Positions 1 to 9,006 of a stretch of 24,006 nt of DNA are shown here, piece after piece. The notes under the pieces were generated by a model. It was not told where the DNA came from. It searched no databases and saw only the letters and a list, made by a program, of their open reading frames with translations. Location of the stretch: assembly GCA_016839585.1 (NCBI GenBank), contig JAEOTZ010000066.1, positions 1-24,006 on the forward strand. The letters are read 5' to 3'. Source of the DNA: Promethearchaeota archaeon (lineage in GTDB: Archaea; Asgardarchaeota; Lokiarchaeia; Sigyniarchaeales; SOKP01). Position 1 is the first letter of the stretch. Each line of letters starts with the position of its first letter. A program made the position numbers and the translations under genes.

Positions 1-483
1 GTTAAACTTGATGATTCTGATGAGTCAGTTGGCAATAAATTTTATTATTGGGAATTAAAGGGAGTTCCAATTAGAATTGAGGTGGGACCAAAAGATATTG
101 AAAAAAATCAAGTAGTAATAGTTAAACGCCATAACGGTGAAAAATTCATTGTAAAGGATGATGAGTTACAAAAATTTATTGTTAAAATCGCTGAAAATTA
201 TACTAAAGAGATAAAAGAAAAATCCTTAATCGATTTTGAATCTCAAGTTGAATGTGTATATGAAAAAGATGCTGCAATTGAAGCAATTAATAATGGAAAA
301 ATAGTGTGCTGTGGTTTTTGCTCAATTGATATGGATGCTTATCAATGTGCTGAAGTGGTTGAAAAAGAAATTGGTGGAGAAGTTCGAGGTATAAGGGTTG
401 ATGAGGAAAAGCATGAATTTGCAACTTGTTTAATATGTGGAAAGCCTGCTGGATGTACTGTTTATATTGCTAAAAGCTATTGA
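1..483 (+). CDS. proS: Prolyl-tRNA synthetase, C-terminal part (anticodon-binding domain plus archaeal/eukaryotic-type C-terminal Zn domain); 5'-truncated by the window edge
   Basis: Frame 1 is open from base 1: VKLDDSDESVGNKFYYWELKGVPIRIEVGPKD (the WELKGVPxRxExGPKD signature). Cys cluster CCGFC...CLIC and terminal YIAKSY match the xxSY C-terminus of archaeal/eukaryotic ProRS. The ORF-track start at 82 is internal. Confidence 0.95.
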   Translation, partial: VKLDDSDESVGNKFYYWELKGVPIRIEVGPKDIEKNQVVIVKRHNGEKFIVKDDELQKFIVKIAENYTKEIKEKSLIDFESQVECVYEKDAAIEAINNGKIVCCGFCSIDMDAYQCAEVVEKEIGGEVRGIRVDEEKHEFATCLICGKPAGCTVYIAKSY

Positions 484-484
484 C

Positions 485-491
485 TTTTTTT
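485..491 (+). terminator. Oligo-T tract, probable archaeal intrinsic terminator of proS
   Basis: T7 run immediately after the TGA stop at 481-483. Confidence 0.5.
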
Positions 492-554
492 AAAAATATC
501 AAATTTATTCAAAGTATTAATTAGTATTCCGATTATTAACCCAACAGTTTAAGG

Positions 555-573
555 TTCCCTTTTAAATAGGGAA
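555..573. promoter_or_regulatory. Inverted repeat TTCCCT-N7-AGGGAA, possible transcription-factor operator upstream of the DUF2061 gene
   Basis: Perfect 6-bp arms containing G/C in an otherwise very AT-rich spacer, directly followed by a TATA-like AATTATAA. Confidence 0.3.
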
Positions 574-680
574 AAATTATAATATCTCAAAGATTATATT
601 AAAAAAATTAAAAATTTGGTAAGAAATCCAACATTATTCCATATTTAATTTGTAAGTTGGAAAAAATAAAGGAGAATTAG

Positions 681-1151
681 ATGAAAACTAAAGATATTGA
701 ATGGAAGAATAGTTTAATAAAAAGTTTAATTTATAGAAGTATTACCTTAGTATTAGGAACTTTAACAGCTTACGCCTTAACAGGTAGTATAGCGATAGCT
801 ACAGGTACAGCTCTTTTAACAGAATCTGTGCAGGGTGTGAATTATTTTGTATATGAATTAACTTGGAGTAATATTTCGAGAAAAAAACTTGAAAAGCAGA
901 TTATTCAGAAAATTAGGAATAGAGAAATTAGTTTGAAAATAGATTACTCATCAATTATAGATTTAGCATATCAACTTTCGCAAATTGATACGTTTGTTCC
1001 TAAACTGTACCTATCTACATTGAATATCTTTGATAAGATGTTAGTTAATATAGAATTAGAGGAGATTTATGAAGAGATTGAAAATTATAGAACTTATTTT
1101 GTAAATGCTCACTCAAGTAGAAAATTTTTCTCTTTTAGTGAAAAAGAATGA
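681..1151 (+). CDS. DUF2061-family small membrane protein with a C-terminal helical extension
   Basis: N-terminal SLIKSLIYRSITLVLGTLTAYALTGSIAIA...YFVYELTW fits the DUF2061 pattern (S-x-x-K-x-x-x-W/Y-R...TG...Y-x-x-H/Y-E-x-x-W). GGAG Shine-Dalgarno at 671-674. Confidence 0.7.
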   Translation: MKTKDIEWKNSLIKSLIYRSITLVLGTLTAYALTGSIAIATGTALLTESVQGVNYFVYELTWSNISRKKLEKQIIQKIRNREISLKIDYSSIIDLAYQLSQIDTFVPKLYLSTLNIFDKMLVNIELEEIYEEIENYRTYFVNAHSSRKFFSFSEKE

Positions 1152-1178
1152 GATGGGCATATCATAAATAATTTTACC

Positions 1179-1199
1179 AAAATAAAAATAAAAAAAAAA
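1179..1199 (-). terminator. Oligo-T tract on the minus strand downstream of the small zinc-ribbon gene
   Basis: A-rich run aaaataaaaataaaaaaaaaa on the + strand, starting about 18 nt after the TAG at 1217-1219. Confidence 0.5.
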
Positions 1200-1216
1200 T
1201 ACAAATAGCAAGGGAG

Positions 1217-1381
1217 CTAATGGGAGTAGGGAATTGAGGTGTATTTAGTCTTCTCATCCTTGATAAATTTAATTTCAAAATTTATGTAACGACAGTCCGA
1301 ACACCTTACTGTTATGGGAGGAAAATACTTTATTATTTCAGGTTTTTTCCTGCTCATACAATTGGGACAACAATAATGCAT
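1217..1381 (-). CDS. Small (54 aa) zinc-ribbon protein, not in the supplied ORF track
   Basis: Hand translation: MHYCCPNCMSRKKPEIIKYFPPITVRCSDCRYINFEIKFIKDEKTKYTSIPYSH*. Contains CPNC-x18-CSDC, has a GAGGT SD 9 nt upstream (1391-1395) and a T-tract downstream, and fills an otherwise empty 414-bp gap. Confidence 0.8.
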   Translation of the reverse strand: MHYCCPNCMSRKKPEIIKYFPPITVRCSDCRYINFEIKFIKDEKTKYTSIPYSH

Positions 1382-1565
1382 TTTTATGAAACCTCTTCGA
1401 TTTTTTCTATTTTAATTAAATGTAATTCAAGAGGTTAATACAAATTTAACCACTTATATTTTTCAGAAAACAATAAAAAGTCCAATAATTCATTATAAAT
1501 AAATCCAAACATTTAAGACATGTAAAACCTTTAATTCTTTCAAATTCTTGAGTTAAAGGGTCGTT

Positions 1566-2468
1566 ATGGATAATTTTGTAGAACATTTTACAGATGAATT
1601 TAAGAAGATTTATTTTATAAGAGGAGCAAGAAATGGAAAATATCCTTACTCACACTCTTTACTTATTGAAGATTATTTAATTGATACAGGAATCTCAAGT
1701 AGATTATTAAGAAAATTAAAAAGACAATTTCCTATAAATAACGTTTTACTTTCTCATTGGCATGAAGATCATACTTCAGGGAATAGACTTTTATCTAATT
1801 CTAAATTTTTCATCCACTCAAACGATAAATTTTTAATAGAAAATGTTGATAAATTTTATGAATATTATGGTATCTCAAATAGTCCAGCAGAAGAAGAATT
1901 TGAATGGCTTTGGGAAAGTTTCAAATTAGAGAATACCAAAATAGAAAAAGCTTTAACGGACAATGAGATAATAAAAGTTGGACATGATTGTGATTTAAAA
2001 GTAATTCATACTCCTGGGCATACAGCCGGTCATTGTTCATTTTTAGAACTAAATTCTAAAATAGCTTTCTTGGCTGATATTGATTTAACTAATTTTGTAT
2101 TTTATGCTGGTATTGACTCAAATTTAATTGATTTTGAAGAATCAATAGATAAATTATTAAATTTGGATATAGAGATGGTTGCTACGGGTCATAGAGGAAT
2201 AATTAAGGGGGGAAAAGAAATAAAAGAAGAATTAATTAAGTACAAATCAGTAATCCATAAACGTGATGAGCGCATTTTATCAAATTTCCCTGAGACAAAA
2301 CCAATATTAGTAATAGATTTTAAGGGTAAAAATCTTATATATAAATATTATAGTGAATTCAAGAACTATGACATTATTGCTGAGATGATAATGATCCAAA
2401 AACATTTTGATAAATTCATTAAAAATAAATTGATAGAACGAGAAGGTAAAGGTTTTATTTTAAGCTAG
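1566..2468 (+). CDS. Metallo-beta-lactamase-fold hydrolase (glyoxalase II/LACTB2-like)
   Basis: IDTG, SHWHEDH (HxHxDH), HTPGHTAGH, AD and TGH motifs; possible C-terminal winged-helix tail. Confidence 0.9.
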   Translation: MDNFVEHFTDEFKKIYFIRGARNGKYPYSHSLLIEDYLIDTGISSRLLRKLKRQFPINNVLLSHWHEDHTSGNRLLSNSKFFIHSNDKFLIENVDKFYEYYGISNSPAEEEFEWLWESFKLENTKIEKALTDNEIIKVGHDCDLKVIHTPGHTAGHCSFLELNSKIAFLADIDLTNFVFYAGIDSNLIDFEESIDKLLNLDIEMVATGHRGIIKGGKEIKEELIKYKSVIHKRDERILSNFPETKPILVIDFKGKNLIYKYYSEFKNYDIIAEMIMIQKHFDKFIKNKLIEREGKGFILS

Positions 2469-3988
2469 CATTTTGATTTTGGGAAATTCTTTATAATCCG
2501 AATTAATAATTCATAGATCGTTCCAACATCAGATATTTTCAATTTTTCATTAGTTGTGTGTTCCCCAATTATTGTAGGACCAATAGAGATCATATCTATT
2601 CCTGGAATTTTTTCACTTATCATTCCAGTCTCCAATCCTCCATGTATTACATTAACTTTGACAGGTTTTTTTAAGAGAGCTTCATATTGTTCTTTAGCAT
2701 AACTTAAAAATATTGATTCTGGTCGTGGTATCCATTCAGGTAAGACGGAACGTAGTGTGATTTGCCAATTTGTTAATTCTCCTAAATGAATCATTCTACG
2801 ACAGAAATTATTTAGTTCTGTACGTATAATACTACGAGGGTATAATTGAAATTCAATCTCATTATTTTCTGTCTTAACTACAGCAAAATTATTTGAAGTC
2901 TCTACAAAGTCCTCAAAAAAGGGAGAATCACGGATGACTCCATGAGGAATGATGTTTGATGTATAGATAACATTTTTTGTATCTTTTAAAGATAGAAAAT
3001 CTTCTGATTCTCCTTTCTTCCATTCAATTTGCAGATTTGGCTCCAAATTGGGTGGGTTAGATATTTTACTTTTATAGTAGTCATAATAGGCAGAAATTTC
3101 TTTATCAATTAAATTTTCAAATAAGTTTTGATCTTTTGAATTAATTGCAAATTTTACTTTAGATTCACTAGGAATAATATTCCCTTTAATACCCCCATTC
3201 CAATTACAAATATATAAGTCAATTTCTTGAATTATAGCAGATAGTATTCTAGTTACTAATTTATTTGCATTTGCTCTAGGGAGATGAATAGCACCTCCAG
3301 AATGACCACTCAAAAGTCCACTAATTGCAAGTTCAATAAATAATAATTCCTTTTTTGATTCTGGTTTTAACCATTCAAACTTTTTCCTAAAATAAGTTCT
3401 TCGCCCACAAACAGACCCTATAATAATTTCTCCTTGCTGTTCACTATCTAAATTTATCATATATTTACTTGTAATATTAAGCGCTTTAACATCAAGATTA
3501 ATTGCTCCCGTAAATCCATCTTCCTCATTAACAGTAAAAAGCACCTCAATAAGTCCATGAGATTCTTCAATTTCTTTTTCTATTAGAATAGAAAGTGCTA
3601 ATGCTATTCCTATACCGTTATCTGCTCCTAATGTTGTTCCATCGGCATCTACCCACTCATTATTTTCTTGGATTCGTAATGGAATCCCCTTTTCAAAAAA
3701 ATTATACCCTTCTGACCGTTTTGTGACGCATATCATATCTAGATGCCCTTGAAGTAAAATAGAAGGACTTAATTCCATTCCTCTTGAAGCGGGTCTCTTA
3801 ATTAATAAATTTCCAACATTATCTTCATAAATTTTAAAGTTAATGGTAGTTATTCTTTTTTGCTCGGATATCCATTCCTTAATCTTATTACGGATTTTTT
3901 CTTCATGTTTGGAGGGTCTAGGAGTACTAGCAACGACATTTTCGAAAATATCCCAAACAATTGTTGGTTTCAGCTTCTCTAAAACCAT
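2465..3988 (-). CDS. pepD: Aminoacyl-histidine (beta-Ala-His) dipeptidase, peptidase M20C
   Basis: PRPSKHEE, LQGHLDM, GTTLGADNGIG, EEDG, NLDSE, GHSG..IH..RANA, IHGGLE and GEHTTNE motifs. Convergent 4-bp overlap with the MBL gene. Confidence 0.92.
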   Translation of the reverse strand: MVLEKLKPTIVWDIFENVVASTPRPSKHEEKIRNKIKEWISEQKRITTINFKIYEDNVGNLLIKRPASRGMELSPSILLQGHLDMICVTKRSEGYNFFEKGIPLRIQENNEWVDADGTTLGADNGIGIALALSILIEKEIEESHGLIEVLFTVNEEDGFTGAINLDVKALNITSKYMINLDSEQQGEIIIGSVCGRRTYFRKKFEWLKPESKKELLFIELAISGLLSGHSGGAIHLPRANANKLVTRILSAIIQEIDLYICNWNGGIKGNIIPSESKVKFAINSKDQNLFENLIDKEISAYYDYYKSKISNPPNLEPNLQIEWKKGESEDFLSLKDTKNVIYTSNIIPHGVIRDSPFFEDFVETSNNFAVVKTENNEIEFQLYPRSIIRTELNNFCRRMIHLGELTNWQITLRSVLPEWIPRPESIFLSYAKEQYEALLKKPVKVNVIHGGLETGMISEKIPGIDMISIGPTIIGEHTTNEKLKISDVGTIYELLIRIIKNFPKSKC

Positions 3989-4093
3989 ATTGTATCACTA
4001 TATAAAACAATATAGAAAAAATTGTAATTTTTGATTTTCCTTACTCAATAATAAAAATATAAAATAATACTATAAATAAGATTTGATATTAAA

Positions 4094-5713
4094 TTAAACT
4101 AACTTAAATTCTTCTAGAATTTGTTTTTGGAGCGCTGGCCTATCTATTTTGGCTAGACGAGTAATAGGAAGTTCTTTCTTAATAATAACTTTTTTAGGAA
4201 CTTTGAAATCTGCTAGTTCTTTTTCGCACATTTCAATTATTTCACTTTCATTGATTTCTTGTCCGGATTCTGGGACAACAGCAAGCCATACTACCTCATT
4301 ATAAATTTTATCAGGTACTCCAACAGCTGCCACCATAGCTACTTTAGGGTGTTCAATAACTACACTTTCTACTTCAGAGGGCAATACAGTATAACTACCT
4401 ACTCGAATAATAAACTTCTTTCTTCCTTTAATGTATATTCTGCCATCCTTAGTGATATAACCTAAATCTCCAGATCTGCACCAACCATCTATAGTGAAAG
4501 TTGATTTGTTTTCCTCGGGCATTTTATAATATCCGGGTATAGTTAAAGAACCTCGAAACAACATTTCGCCAGTTTCTCCTGAGTTCAATTCATTATCATT
4601 CTCATCTACTATTTTCATCTCCTGATCAGGTAATAATTTACCAATATAACCCTTTGCTAATTCATCTAATGGATCACCTATATTAGTAAATGTAACTTCT
4701 GGTCCTGATTCTGTACTTCCATAAGCATTGAGAATAATAGGACAAATTTTATCTCTCATACCAGTCAAAAGTTCCATGCTCAATTTTTCTCCACTAACAA
4801 CAGCTAAAACTAATGATGATAAATCAAAATTATCTAAATCTGGTAAACTTAACATTATTGCATACATTGTTGGAACGCCACCAATCAATTGTAATTTTAA
4901 TTTTCGTATTGCTCTTAACACAGCATATGGATTCCATTGTTCTTGTAAAATTATTTCACACCCTGCAGCAATTATGGTGCCCATGATTTCAACAGAGCCG
5001 CCTACATGACTAGGTGGAAAATGATTAATCATTTTAAATCTTGGTTTTAATCCTAAAGGTTCACCTTTATCCTTAATATACTTTGCTTCTAAATAGCTTG
5101 CTCGTGCAATGTTTCTATGAGTTAGCAGTGCTGCCTTTGGTACACCTGTAGTTCCACCGGTAAAGATAATTAGAGCACCGTCATCAGGGTTCAATTCTAA
5201 CCGAACCTCCTCTAATTCATTACTTAAATTATAGTTTTTTGTTAATAATTCTTCAAATGGAATTCCATATTCATCTCTTCCTATTATATAGTATTTGATT
5301 TTATGGTTAAACTGCGAACTTAATTCTTTAATGATATTGGCAATATTATATCCACGTGCTTTTCCTATTAAAAATACTAGTTTAGGGTCTGCATGGTTGA
5401 TAAAACGTCTATAATCTGCTGATCTAAAGCGGACATCCATTGGGACACAAATTGCACCTATAGAATTAGCTGCAAAGTATATTAAAACATATTCTATAAT
5501 CATTGGTAATATTGTTACAATTGTGTCACCTTTTTTTACCCCAAGATCGAGAAAAGCTTCAGCTAAATGATCAACTGTATCAGAGAATTCTTTCGCATTA
5601 TATTTTTTCCATTTGAATTTTATAATAGGAAATTCAGGATCCATCGAAGCCCAATGTTTTACATATTGCCATAGATAATCAAACTTAGGAATATCAGATT
5701 TTTTATTCATCAT
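4094..5713 (-). CDS. Class I adenylate-forming enzyme (acyl-CoA synthetase / fatty-acid-CoA ligase)
   Basis: FTGGTTGVPK P-loop, YGSTE, SGDLG, GRKK hinge, C-terminal catalytic Lys (LPITRLAKIDR). Confidence 0.93.
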   Translation of the reverse strand: MMNKKSDIPKFDYLWQYVKHWASMDPEFPIIKFKWKKYNAKEFSDTVDHLAEAFLDLGVKKGDTIVTILPMIIEYVLIYFAANSIGAICVPMDVRFRSADYRRFINHADPKLVFLIGKARGYNIANIIKELSSQFNHKIKYYIIGRDEYGIPFEELLTKNYNLSNELEEVRLELNPDDGALIIFTGGTTGVPKAALLTHRNIARASYLEAKYIKDKGEPLGLKPRFKMINHFPPSHVGGSVEIMGTIIAAGCEIILQEQWNPYAVLRAIRKLKLQLIGGVPTMYAIMLSLPDLDNFDLSSLVLAVVSGEKLSMELLTGMRDKICPIILNAYGSTESGPEVTFTNIGDPLDELAKGYIGKLLPDQEMKIVDENDNELNSGETGEMLFRGSLTIPGYYKMPEENKSTFTIDGWCRSGDLGYITKDGRIYIKGRKKFIIRVGSYTVLPSEVESVVIEHPKVAMVAAVGVPDKIYNEVVWLAVVPESGQEINESEIIEMCEKELADFKVPKKVIIKKELPITRLAKIDRPALQKQILEEFKLV

Positions 5714-5765
5714 TATTTATGGGTTTTTACTGAAAATTAAATTTTGCATAAAAATGAAAAATAAT

Positions 5766-5779
5766 TTCTTATATAAGAA
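5766..5779. promoter_or_regulatory. Perfect 14-bp palindrome TTCTTATATAAGAA containing a symmetric TATA-like core, between divergent acyl-CoA ligase and enoyl-CoA hydratase genes
   Basis: Self-complementary sequence in the 102-bp divergent spacer; GGAGGT SD at 5806-5811 for the + gene. Confidence 0.45.
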
Positions 5780-5815
5780 CTTTTTATTCATAATAAATCT
5801 GATATGGAGGTTTGA

Positions 5816-6589
5816 ATGTTGGAAGAGATCATCTTATATGAAAAACAAGGAGATATTGGAAAAATAACACTAAACAAACCAGAACAGCGAAATACTTTAG
5901 ATTTAGTAACTCTTAAAGAATTGATTAATGCTTTTAAAAAAAGTACTGAGAATAATGATGTTTGTGTTATTTATGCAGCTAATGGGAAACATTTCACTGT
6001 TGGTGCTGACCTGAAATATGGATATGATCTACTTACAAGTAGAGAAAGATTAGCTGAAGCTATAGAGTTTTTGGAATCCTTTCAAAATTTAACAAGAGCT
6101 ATGATAGCCCATCCAGGAGTGATTATTGCAGGTCTTCATGGTTGGGTTATTGGTGGAGGATTTGAGCAGGTATTATATTGTGATTTAAGAATCGCAGCAA
6201 ATGATACAAGGATAATGCTCCCAGAACTAGGAGTAGGACTATTCTTTTCTAATGCATCTACTAAACTATTGCCAAGAATTATTGGTGAAGGTCGAGCAAA
6301 ACAATTAATGTATTTAGGCACAGAAATTAATGCTGAAGAAGCTCTTAATATCGGATTAGTAAATCAAGTTTGTAAGCCTGAAGGACTAAAAAGAATTCTT
6401 AAACGTACAGCAAATTCAATAGTACAAAAAGATCATTTAACTCTCAAGTGGGCAAAAAAATTGATAAATGAAAACCAAGACGACACTTTTGAATCAGTAC
6501 TAGCCAAGGAATTACGAGTAATGATTTTAACAGGTCAATCTGAAGAACTGAAACAAAGACTTGAAAAGTTTGTGAAAGAAAAGCATTAA
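5816..6589 (+). CDS. Enoyl-CoA hydratase/isomerase (crotonase family)
   Basis: ITLNKPEQRN, FTVGADL oxyanion loop, both catalytic glutamates (GGGFE; LPELGVG), AEEAL.IGLVN.V; strong SD. Confidence 0.93.
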   Translation: MLEEIILYEKQGDIGKITLNKPEQRNTLDLVTLKELINAFKKSTENNDVCVIYAANGKHFTVGADLKYGYDLLTSRERLAEAIEFLESFQNLTRAMIAHPGVIIAGLHGWVIGGGFEQVLYCDLRIAANDTRIMLPELGVGLFFSNASTKLLPRIIGEGRAKQLMYLGTEINAEEALNIGLVNQVCKPEGLKRILKRTANSIVQKDHLTLKWAKKLINENQDDTFESVLAKELRVMILTGQSEELKQRLEKFVKEKH

Positions 6590-6657
6590 ATATTAAACAA
6601 AATTGTATTTTTCTCTCATATTATAAAATTTTTTATTGATTCAATATTTTAATCAAT

Positions 6658-7956
6658 ATGGAACGAATAGAACCTCTTTTATTTAAAAAATATCCTAATC
6701 TGAAGAAAAAAGTTCCTTGGATACCTTTACTTACTAATGTGCCTACACCTGTAGAAAGATTAACTAAATTAGAAAAATATTTTAATTTAGAAGATGGCCA
6801 AATTTACATAAAACGAGATGACAAAAATCACCAAATTTATGGTGGTAATAAACTCCGAAAGTTAGAATTTATTTTTGGAAATACAATTAAAAGAAAGAAG
6901 AAGAAAGCAATTGTAACTTGTGGAGGTATTGGGACAAATCATGGATTAGCCTGTTCAATTATATGTAATATATTAAATCCCCCCTTAAAATGTGATTTAT
7001 TTCTCTTTAATCAACCTCTCACTTGGCATGTACAACGATCATTATTACTATATGATTATTTTGGAGCAAAACTACATTTTGGTAAAACAGATGTAAGTAT
7101 ATTAATTAAAGCCTTATTTTTTTGGATTTTTCATCGCAAGTATGATTTTATACTTCCAGGAGGAAGTCCTTTAATTGGTAGAGGAACTCCTTTAGGAATA
7201 GTTGGTTTTATAGAAGCAATTTTAGAGTTAAATGAACAAATTAAAAAAGGACAAATCTCTGAACCTGATATAATATTTATAGCAGCTGGTACTACAGGAA
7301 CTGCAGCAGGATTAATAGCAGGTTGTAAATTACTAGGACTTAAAACTAAAGTTTATGCAGTAGCAGTGGTTAAAGATTTCATTGTTAATAGCTCTAATTT
7401 AGCTAGAAATGCGAGTAAAGCTCTTAAATATTTACATAAAAAAGATAAAAACTTCCCAAAATTAAAGGTTACTGAAGATGATTTTGAATTAATAAAAGGT
7501 TATTTGGGATCAGGATATGGTGTGAAAACAATTAGAGGGCAAAAAGCCGTAGATACCATATTTGAATTGGAAGGGAAAGAAAAAGGATTTGATTTAGAAA
7601 CTACTTATACGGGAAAAGCAATGGCAGGAATGTTTGATTTCCTCATAAAGGAAGAAAACAAGAATAAAATTATACTATTTTGGAACACCTATAATTCAAA
7701 TGATTTGGACAACTACATTAAAGAGGCTCAGTTTGATTATAAAAAGTTGCCAAAAAAATTCCATAAATTTTTTGAAGAAACCAATTTTCAATGCTGGCAG
7801 ATTACAAATTGTCCTGATGATATAAAAATGAACTGTCCTGCTTATCTTAACCATGAATATAGATTTTGGAGGATAATAGAATGTCAACTTGATGAAGAGA
7901 AGAGAAATGAAGCTTATGAAGCATTGAATAAAGTAATAAAACTAAATGATGCTTAA
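6658..7956 (+). CDS. PLP-dependent D-cysteine desulfhydrase/ACC-deaminase-family enzyme with a C-terminal Cys-rich (CW-type) extension
   Basis: PTPV, IKRDD...GGNKLRKLEF (PLP lysine), TNH, AAGTTGT phosphate loop, LETTYTGKA. Y-T-G-K rather than Y-E-G-K argues against a true ACC deaminase. Confidence 0.85.
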   Translation: MERIEPLLFKKYPNLKKKVPWIPLLTNVPTPVERLTKLEKYFNLEDGQIYIKRDDKNHQIYGGNKLRKLEFIFGNTIKRKKKKAIVTCGGIGTNHGLACSIICNILNPPLKCDLFLFNQPLTWHVQRSLLLYDYFGAKLHFGKTDVSILIKALFFWIFHRKYDFILPGGSPLIGRGTPLGIVGFIEAILELNEQIKKGQISEPDIIFIAAGTTGTAAGLIAGCKLLGLKTKVYAVAVVKDFIVNSSNLARNASKALKYLHKKDKNFPKLKVTEDDFELIKGYLGSGYGVKTIRGQKAVDTIFELEGKEKGFDLETTYTGKAMAGMFDFLIKEENKNKIILFWNTYNSNDLDNYIKEAQFDYKKLPKKFHKFFEETNFQCWQITNCPDDIKMNCPAYLNHEYRFWRIIECQLDEEKRNEAYEALNKVIKLNDA

Positions 7957-7965
7957 TAACTTTAA

Positions 7966-8967
7966 TTACATAATTTTTAATCGCTGTAATAAACCTGTAA
8001 TCAGGATAGGTAATGCGATAGTAGCGTCACACCATACACTTACATATTTTGAATCTGAAGAATATTTACCCCAAGATTTCGATTCTGCAATTGTACAACC
8101 AGATAAACCTCCATCATACTCTGTTGCAGTATGAATTCTTATTGAATACTTATATCCAAATTCATAGTCTTTCCTTGTTAATCGTTCAATATTCTCAATA
8201 TAAGGATAAATTTGTTGAGCCCAATTTCTTGGAACACCTCCACCAATTATAATTGTACCACATGTCGATGCTTTTCTAATTATATTAGCAAATTTTCTTA
8301 CATCCCTCAAAACACGGAAATCAATGTCATAACCTTCTGTAACTGTAAATTTAATTAAATCTAAAGCAAATTCAGAGTCAGATATTGCAGGAACAAATAT
8401 AGGGATATCTTTATTCGCTGCTGCTGAAAGTATACATTTTCTTTTTATTTCTTTTCCAATAATTCTAAAGAATTCTGATGGTAATATTTCAAATTCTTTA
8501 GTAGGAAACGCTTTATTTATTATTTTTAATAATTCCTTTTCAGCTCTATCGTAATTTTCTTCTGGAAGAAAAACATTATAGATACGATTAATCCTATGCC
8601 TGAATAAAACATTATCATCAACTTGATGACTTCCTATATAATGTCCCCCTTTCATAACAGCATCAATGAAATCATGAGTAATATTAGCACCAGTTGATAC
8701 TAATACATCGATTAACTTATATTCAATTAATGTGCATATTAGATCTCCCATTCCAGCAGGTACCATAGCTCCTGAAAGAGTTAAAATCGTAAGACAATCC
8801 TTATCTGTCACCATTTTATAAAGAATATCAAGTGCTTTTCCTAAATTTCTTCCTTGGAAGCCACAATATTTTACTGCAGTTAATATATCATCAATGTTAT
8901 TTATCTTCTTAACATCATAAGGAATGATCTTTTTTATTAAGTAGTCTTTTTTATTATGATGAGCCAT
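7966..8967 (-). CDS. dys: Deoxyhypusine synthase-like protein, paralog A (non-canonical/SpeY-like signature)
   Basis: GFQGRNLGKA, SGAMVPAG, STGAN, PAISDS, GGGVPRN, DGGLSG..E.SWGK (catalytic Lys present), DATIALP. Confidence 0.9.
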   Translation of the reverse strand: MAHHNKKDYLIKKIIPYDVKKINNIDDILTAVKYCGFQGRNLGKALDILYKMVTDKDCLTILTLSGAMVPAGMGDLICTLIEYKLIDVLVSTGANITHDFIDAVMKGGHYIGSHQVDDNVLFRHRINRIYNVFLPEENYDRAEKELLKIINKAFPTKEFEILPSEFFRIIGKEIKRKCILSAAANKDIPIFVPAISDSEFALDLIKFTVTEGYDIDFRVLRDVRKFANIIRKASTCGTIIIGGGVPRNWAQQIYPYIENIERLTRKDYEFGYKYSIRIHTATEYDGGLSGCTIAESKSWGKYSSDSKYVSVWCDATIALPILITGLLQRLKIM

Positions 8968-8990
8968 ATATTAAATTAAAGACTAAAACT

Positions 8991-8998
8991 TTTAAAAA
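8991..8998 (-). promoter_or_regulatory. TATA-like box (TTTTTAAA) 24-31 nt upstream of the DHS paralog A start
   Basis: Position fits a leaderless archaeal transcript; same spacing as for paralog B. Confidence 0.4.
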
Positions 8999-9006
8999 TT
9001 TTAGAA

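Noticed and set aside
6658-7956. Call as true ACC deaminase (acdS)
   Set aside because: Has YTGK and WNT where ACC deaminases have YEGK and HLGG.
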